Positions 58,703-64,000 of a stretch of DNA of 64,000 bases are shown here, in pieces. The notes under the pieces are model-generated. The model worked only from the letters and a program-made list of their open reading frames with translations, ran no database searches and was not told where the DNA came from. This stretch comes from an uncultured Candidatus Saccharibacteria bacterium (GTDB taxonomy: Bacteria; Patescibacteriota; Saccharimonadia; Saccharimonadales; JACDBH01): the NCBI GenBank assembly GCA_964642275.1, contig CAZXOA010000001.1, forward strand, positions 12,729-76,728. The letters are read 5' to 3'. The position numbers and the translations under genes are program-made. Every line of letters starts with the position of its first letter. Position 1 is the first letter of the stretch.

Positions 58703-61700
58703 TTATGACATTTCGATAACGGCGATTTCTTCGGGGGTTAGGTTGTAGAGTTGGTAGACTAGTTGGTTGATTTTGGCTTCTTGGGTGGAGATGTCGGCAG
58801 CGGGGTTAGTGGTTTTGACGTCGATGATCTCTGTGACGAGCTGCTCTATCCTAGACTCCAGCTCATCACTACCCGGGCTTGGCTTCGGTATCGGGAAGTC
58901 CGCTACGACATCTCCCTTCAACTCAAGCACATCGCCTTTTACGGCACCTTTATTTTTGAGCCAGACTAGCGCTAGCTTTGAGTTTAGCAATGCTAAACAT
59001 AGCTCTAGGCTCCTTTTTGATGAGTCATACACGAAGTAGGTGTCAGTGCCAGAAAACCACTCGTCTTTAATGAGCGAGAATATATTGGTCTTTGCTCTGT
59101 ATGGAAATACGATTTTATCACCGGTAAACATGCGAACATCTCTTGGCCATAGAAGTGTGTACCAGGCTTGTTTTGAGCGTTTGATCTGGGCTCTGTCGGC
59201 AAGAGCATCGCGGTGCGATTCAAGGTACTTGTATATTTGCGGATTATCTTCTGGCACAAAATCTTTATCAACATAAAGCACACTCTTGGTAGCAAGAGTC
59301 CGGGTTATGTATTTCTTGACATCCGAGTTCTTGAAAAATGGCTTTATGTATTGACGCTCCGATTCGCTGATTTTATCAAAAAAGTCCGGTCGGCCATCAA
59401 ATATAAAAACCGTATTATTACCAGTTTCCAGTCCTTTGCTTACTTTATAGTAGTCCTTTACCCGAGGGTGCTTCAGTGTAATGTCTTCCATTAGCGTATT
59501 GACTAGGTTGTCTCTAAGGTCTATAAAACCGCGACTGTTGTATATGTTAGCCTGGGATATGTTGTAGTATTCGGTGTCTTCATCTATGCCGCTTAGGATT
59601 TGCGGTATAGCAGACGATGAGTCGCCAGGATAGCCCTTCCTGCTCGTTATGATTGTCTGGCAGTCTACATCGTGTTTGCCTTTTCGTAGCTGCGTAATCA
59701 GGTTATGCTGACCGATGGCGCTCTCAAATATCTTCAATTCATGGAAGTTAATGAAACGCAAAGGAGTTGCTCGTGTCTTATAATCTGCACGCAGCTTATC
59801 CGCGTTGGTTGCCGTTAGGTAGTAATTGGTCGAGATGAATGTTAGGACTCCGTTGTCGTGCAGGATATCTAGTCCAAGATGGAAGAAGAAGTAGAACAAG
59901 TCCATCTTGCCCTTGTAGAAGCGTTGGCCTAGGGATGTTGTCTTAAGGTTATCAAACATCGCCTTATGTCCTTTTTCTCCAACATACGGCGGGTTGGCTA
60001 TGACAATATCAAAGCCATCTATACCAAACATCCACTCGGCATCAAACCAGTCCGTTGGCTTGTCTTCAAACGGTTCCCAGCGTGAAAGCATTGTGTATCT
60101 ACCGGAAGCTTGGCCTCCGAATTCATCAATTGTTTTCATGAACATTTGTTTTTGAAGCCGGTCAAACTCGTTTCGCAAAGCTTCGCGCTGGCCAACATTT
60201 GCAGTAAAGTACTCGTCACGTATCCTGCGTAGTGCATCTATGTGGTCGGTGTCTTCTAGTAGCGAGCTTTGTTTTGCTGCAGTTTCGGCAGGCAAACCAA
60301 CGAGTGAGTTGGCAGTGACAAACTTGAAGTCCAGGTTTGGCAGTGGACGGATGCCTCTGTTGTCTTTACTGTCATCAACTTCTTCTTCAATAATCAGTGT
60401 TAGGAAACAGCGGAGCTTTGCGATCTCTGTCGCTATTGTTTGGATATCTACGCCAAAAATGGACTCGCGTATGACGCCAAGCTTTCGCAGGTAATCATAG
60501 TTTTCATTACGATACTTTTCCTCTATATCACGGCGGAGTTCAGGGGAAGTGATGTGTTTGAGCTGATTTTCCAGCCATCGCTCTGCGTGTTCATCAACCT
60601 GCTGGAGTATGTAGACAACCTTTTGCAGGATGCCTATCGGGAACGCACCGGAGCCACAGGCTGGATCGAGTATGGTTAGGCCGGCCAGCGCGGTCACAAC
60701 CTTTTCCTTTTCGCCGTCCGTCAGTTCACGCTCTTTGTCGTCTTCTTGACCCCAACTAATGAGAGCTTTGAGCTTTTCTTCGTCAACACCAGTCTTACAC
60801 TTTAGGCATTCCAGCAGCGAGCTGTCTACCATGTAGTCCACTATTTCGCGTGGCGTGTAGAAGCTGCCAGTGGACTTGCGCGCAGACTCGCCCGTTTCTG
60901 GATTTATTTCAGCCAACAGGTTCTCAAAAATGCGCCCCAGCATTTCCGGGTCGATTGAAAGGTCTACATCGTACGAAGTGTTTTCATCTACCGTAAAGTT
61001 ATACTGTTCGAGGATAGAGAACAGTTCGATAAACCAGCCATCGGGTATAGATACAAGGCCAGGATTGCCGCCGCCGGTGAAACTATTCTGCTGGTAGTAG
61101 TCGCCTGCGTGGGGGCTAAACAGGCCGCCATTCAAATACGGGACAGTTGAGAACGGTACTTCGCGTAGTGATTCGTGGCGTTGCCCAACGCGCTTGTTGA
61201 GCAACTCAAAGAACAATGGCTCAAGAATACTGTGGTAGTAATCGGCATGTGCGGCTACTGCGCTGAGCGACAATAAATCATCGGGTACAATTGGTATTCC
61301 GGCATTACTTTTCTTTTCTTTGAGAAACCAACTAAAAACTATACGACCTATCAGCCTAACCGCAAATTCCTGATGCTCGTTACCCGTATCAGCTTTGCCA
61401 TGAATCTTTAATTGCCCCGGATATTCTTTGATACCACGCTTGCCGCCAACTAGCTTCGTGAAGAGATCGGCCACCGAGGCATAGAACTGCTTATTGACTA
61501 CTTCGACAGAGAAGCGCTCTTGCAGCTGCTTGATATCTTCGACGCGGCCTTTTTCTATCAGGTACTTGTAAGGTGTGACAGTCTTTGCACCTACGCCCAA
61601 TAGGTATGAATAGCGGCGCGGGTTGCTGTCTTTTTTGACCACTTTGCCATCTTTGATCTGTAGCGTAGATGTTAGCAGTGAGAGTCGCCAGTGATCGTTG

Positions 61701-61981
61701 CCGTCGTGAAAGGCTATGATGGCGTTGCGGATTTGGTGGTTACGTAGAACTTTAAAAGCGGCTTGGGTGATTGCGATGCGCTTGCCCGAGTCGGTCTCCT
61801 CACACTCTGCTTCAAGTACCGTAACATCGAAATCCCTCGACTTTGATTCGCCGAGTTTCGTTACGCTGGTAAGGATTGAACCGTCAGCGCGCACTTGGCG
61901 TTCGTCTCTTTGATAATCTGGCAAGAAGCCTTTCAGAAAGGTGTCAAAAAGTTCTTTGTTATAGGGTTTATCTAATATCAT
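58703..61981 (-). CDS. MmeI/PglX-like gamma-class N6-adenine DNA methyltransferase (Type IIG/IIL-like, 1092 aa)
   Basis: MmeI-like N-terminal domain (VPYLNGGLFSPH; TGSFYTPREIVDYMV), SAM motif I ILDPACGSGAFPIG, catalytic motif IV VIANPPYVGEKG, and a roughly 450-aa C-terminal TRD-like region. ATGA overlap with the upstream helicase gene. Confidence 0.85.
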   Translation of the reverse strand: MILDKPYNKELFDTFLKGFLPDYQRDERQVRADGSILTSVTKLGESKSRDFDVTVLEAECEETDSGKRIAITQAAFKVLRNHQIRNAIIAFHDGNDHWRLSLLTSTLQIKDGKVVKKDSNPRRYSYLLGVGAKTVTPYKYLIEKGRVEDIKQLQERFSVEVVNKQFYASVADLFTKLVGGKRGIKEYPGQLKIHGKADTGNEHQEFAVRLIGRIVFSWFLKEKKSNAGIPIVPDDLLSLSAVAAHADYYHSILEPLFFELLNKRVGQRHESLREVPFSTVPYLNGGLFSPHAGDYYQQNSFTGGGNPGLVSIPDGWFIELFSILEQYNFTVDENTSYDVDLSIDPEMLGRIFENLLAEINPETGESARKSTGSFYTPREIVDYMVDSSLLECLKCKTGVDEEKLKALISWGQEDDKERELTDGEKEKVVTALAGLTILDPACGSGAFPIGILQKVVYILQQVDEHAERWLENQLKHITSPELRRDIEEKYRNENYDYLRKLGVIRESIFGVDIQTIATEIAKLRCFLTLIIEEEVDDSKDNRGIRPLPNLDFKFVTANSLVGLPAETAAKQSSLLEDTDHIDALRRIRDEYFTANVGQREALRNEFDRLQKQMFMKTIDEFGGQASGRYTMLSRWEPFEDKPTDWFDAEWMFGIDGFDIVIANPPYVGEKGHKAMFDNLKTTSLGQRFYKGKMDLFYFFFHLGLDILHDNGVLTFISTNYYLTATNADKLRADYKTRATPLRFINFHELKIFESAIGQHNLITQLRKGKHDVDCQTIITSRKGYPGDSSSAIPQILSGIDEDTEYYNISQANIYNSRGFIDLRDNLVNTLMEDITLKHPRVKDYYKVSKGLETGNNTVFIFDGRPDFFDKISESERQYIKPFFKNSDVKKYITRTLATKSVLYVDKDFVPEDNPQIYKYLESHRDALADRAQIKRSKQAWYTLLWPRDVRMFTGDKIVFPYRAKTNIFSLIKDEWFSGTDTYFVYDSSKRSLELCLALLNSKLALVWLKNKGAVKGDVLELKGDVVADFPIPKPSPGSDELESRIEQLVTEIIDVKTTNPAADISTQEAKINQLVYQLYNLTPEEIAVIEMS

Positions 61982-64000
61982 TTGCGCAAATCTTCTGTAA
62001 ACATGATAATTTCACTTACACTGTCGATGGCTTCGGCTTTTTGCTTGATAACATTGAGGTAGTGTGGGGTGAACTTTTGCTTTAATTCCTGAACGGTATC
62101 ACCTAAATTTTCTTCATCTAGACGTAATTGGGAAATATATTTGAGCTCACCGTTCGACAAATCGTCGAATTCACGGATGGCGTCATAAAGATCAAACAAG
62201 TAGTCACGTTCCGGTGGGTATGTTTCTTTGAGTGCCTCGACAATTTTCAGAGCCTCTGCCCTGCGCCCCTGTATCTTCGGCAGGGGGTGCGGAGCAGTAA
62301 TACGTTTGCGCAGTATTTCAAACTTTTTATCCAGCTGCGCGTCACCTTTGAGAGACTTTTCTTCTCTGTCGGCTTTAAAGTGTGGCAACACGAATTCTGG
62401 TGACACGATTTCAGCCCCTAAATCGTACCCTGTGGCCAAGGCAAACATTATTCCATTGCCACGTTTGGCAAATGATATAGATACATTCTTGGCTTTGCCT
62501 TCTCTCACAATACGCGTGCGTTCCGGAATATTCTGAACTTCATTCAATAAATTCTTGTCATGCTTGATCGAGTTATAGATGTTGCGATATTCGTTATCCC
62601 AAGAACGCTCGCTAGATGCTTCGTCTGCATCATTGTATGTACTCTTGAAGTAGCTCTTCAGATCTTCATCTGGTGTAAGTGTGCGGGTATCACTGCCGAC
62701 AATGTTATTGATGAGTAACATTTTGAGTGTGCTTATGCCTTTAACGTTGGCGATGTCTTCACCCACATCAGTCGGGAAGAAATTGTAGATGTAAATGTTG
62801 TCAAACATCTTCTGGTTGATACGGTTGATACGACCTATGCGCTGGACGACTCGGGTTGGGTTGTACGGTATGTCGTAGTTGATAATGATGCCGGCACGGT
62901 GGAGGTTGAAACCTTCTGATAGTGCATCGGTAGCCACAATGATATCGTAGTCGTTTTTCTGATCGCCATCGTACGAGGCATCGAAGTTTTCCGACACAAT
63001 CTTTTTCAGTTCGTTGCCGGATGAACCGGTGTAGAGCAACGTTCGCTCAAGGCCATGCTCTCGCAAATTTTTAGCCACATATTCTGCCGTGTCTGCATAG
63101 CCAGAGAAGATAACAATTTTGCGCTCTGGGTTTTCTGCGAGCAACTCTTGGAGCTTTTGTTCTGTACGCTCTTGCTTTGGGTCGTCGCCAGTCAGGCCGC
63201 GGGCAAACCAATCTTGCTTAATCTTTTGGAGTAGTTCTAGGTCTTTGCGTGCAAATATTGCAAATGAGTCTTCGAAGAGTTCTCGAGGGATAGGGATCGC
63301 AGTTTTTTTGATAGCGTCTATATCAATTTCTTCACCGCTATCAATAAGGCCCATGATCTCGTCTATGGAATCGAATTCTTCTAGGTCATCGGGGTCGACT
63401 AACTCACCTTTTTTCAGAATAGGCACATATCCCTTATCCCACCATTTGAGAATGATGTCATGCGATCGAATCATCTTGTCAAGTGTGGACTGAAAGGCAT
63501 ACTTTGAGCTCTCGAAGCGTTGCACGAGCAACCGGCGCATGAACTGAGCCAGGTTTGCTTGAGCAGTCTTGAGGTCGGTATCGTCGAAGAAGTCCTTGTA
63601 CTTTTCTACAAATTCATCACGATCTCTGATGTATGATGCCGATTGGTAGCGTGCGCCATTAAAGCCATTCTCCGCATCTGTCAATTTTTCTAGCGTACTA
63701 ACATACAGTTGGCGAATATTGCCTAGGTCATATTCAACCAATTCTGGTCCAACTACTTCCGGGAACTCGATATTTTGGTTGTGGAGGTCGTCGGCATACT
63801 CTTTGATTTCTTTGAGGTCAATACGTGACCGTCGAATAATCACTGGTTCGATAAGTAGGCGCAGGTCATGACTAAGTTTTTGCAGCTCGGTCTTAACCTC
63901 ATCAGTCATATTCTTTTTGCCGAGTCTCTCTAGTTTTTTGTATTTACTGATTAAATCGTCGAATCTCAGTCCAAGATTATCAACCGAGTTAATGGTCGAA
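61978..64000 (-). CDS. SNF2-family (SF2) helicase, N-terminally truncated by the window edge
   Basis: Helicase C-terminal lobe with SNF2-type motif VI (DIIVATDALSEGFNLHRAGIIINYDIPYNPTRVVQRIGRINRINQ). The reading frame stays open upstream of the annotated Met at 63909 to position 64000. Confidence 0.7.
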   Translation of the reverse strand, partial: STINSVDNLGLRFDDLISKYKKLERLGKKNMTDEVKTELQKLSHDLRLLIEPVIIRRSRIDLKEIKEYADDLHNQNIEFPEVVGPELVEYDLGNIRQLYVSTLEKLTDAENGFNGARYQSASYIRDRDEFVEKYKDFFDDTDLKTAQANLAQFMRRLLVQRFESSKYAFQSTLDKMIRSHDIILKWWDKGYVPILKKGELVDPDDLEEFDSIDEIMGLIDSGEEIDIDAIKKTAIPIPRELFEDSFAIFARKDLELLQKIKQDWFARGLTGDDPKQERTEQKLQELLAENPERKIVIFSGYADTAEYVAKNLREHGLERTLLYTGSSGNELKKIVSENFDASYDGDQKNDYDIIVATDALSEGFNLHRAGIIINYDIPYNPTRVVQRIGRINRINQKMFDNIYIYNFFPTDVGEDIANVKGISTLKMLLINNIVGSDTRTLTPDEDLKSYFKSTYNDADEASSERSWDNEYRNIYNSIKHDKNLLNEVQNIPERTRIVREGKAKNVSISFAKRGNGIMFALATGYDLGAEIVSPEFVLPHFKADREEKSLKGDAQLDKKFEILRKRITAPHPLPKIQGRRAEALKIVEALKETYPPERDYLFDLYDAIREFDDLSNGELKYISQLRLDEENLGDTVQELKQKFTPHYLNVIKQKAEAIDSVSEIIMFTEDLRK

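Noticed and set aside
57217-64000. Calling the island a canonical BREX type 1 or DISARM class 1 system
   Set aside because: PglX-like methyltransferases and SNF2 helicases occur in those systems. However, no PglZ, BrxC, BrxL, DrmA (DUF1998 helicase), DrmB or PLD-type DrmC is present in the 6.8 kb downstream. A call cannot be made without sequence beyond 64000.

Overview
This is a compact bacterial chromosomal window of about 50% GC with high coding density and many hypothetical genes. The gene content suggests a small-genome lineage such as Candidate Phyla Radiation / Saccharibacteria, or a reduced low-GC actinobacterium-like organism; that placement is inference only.

Housekeeping content includes topA, dprA, a sigma-70-family factor, pth, der, a pseudouridine synthase, gltX, pyrH, smpB, xth, tRNA-Glu, tRNA-Leu, three two-component systems, a sortase, and a complete F1Fo ATP synthase operon (atpZ-B-E-F-H-A-G-D-C).

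Main findings:
- A lower-GC defense-like island runs from about 57.2 kb to the window edge on the minus strand. It contains a truncated SNF2-family helicase translationally coupled to a 1092-aa MmeI/PglX-like gamma-class N6-adenine methyltransferase. Next comes a separately promoted module of a 327-aa single-pass membrane protein, a 95-aa stand-alone GIY-YIG nuclease and a 44-aa peptide. A WhiB-like regulator sits next to this island.
- BREX (PglZ, BrxC) and DISARM (DrmA/B/C) partner genes are not seen within the window. This may therefore be a variant, or an undescribed helicase-plus-Type-IIG-like restriction/defense arrangement.
- Four small, translationally coupled unknown ORFs are intercalated between atpA, atpG, atpD and atpC.
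- One response regulator carries a roughly 370-aa Pro/Ala/Thr-rich tail that contains an 87-bp direct repeat.
- Three genes have consensus sigma-70 promoters placed so the start codon sits at the predicted transcription start, which implies leaderless mRNAs. Two further consensus promoters are orphans, with no annotated gene downstream.
- One orphan promoter drives a roughly 350-nt structured leader or ncRNA that ends in an attenuator-like terminator.
- A GC-rich structured element lies in the 700-bp dprA-topA spacer.

No CRISPR array, rRNA, or classical transposase was recognised.
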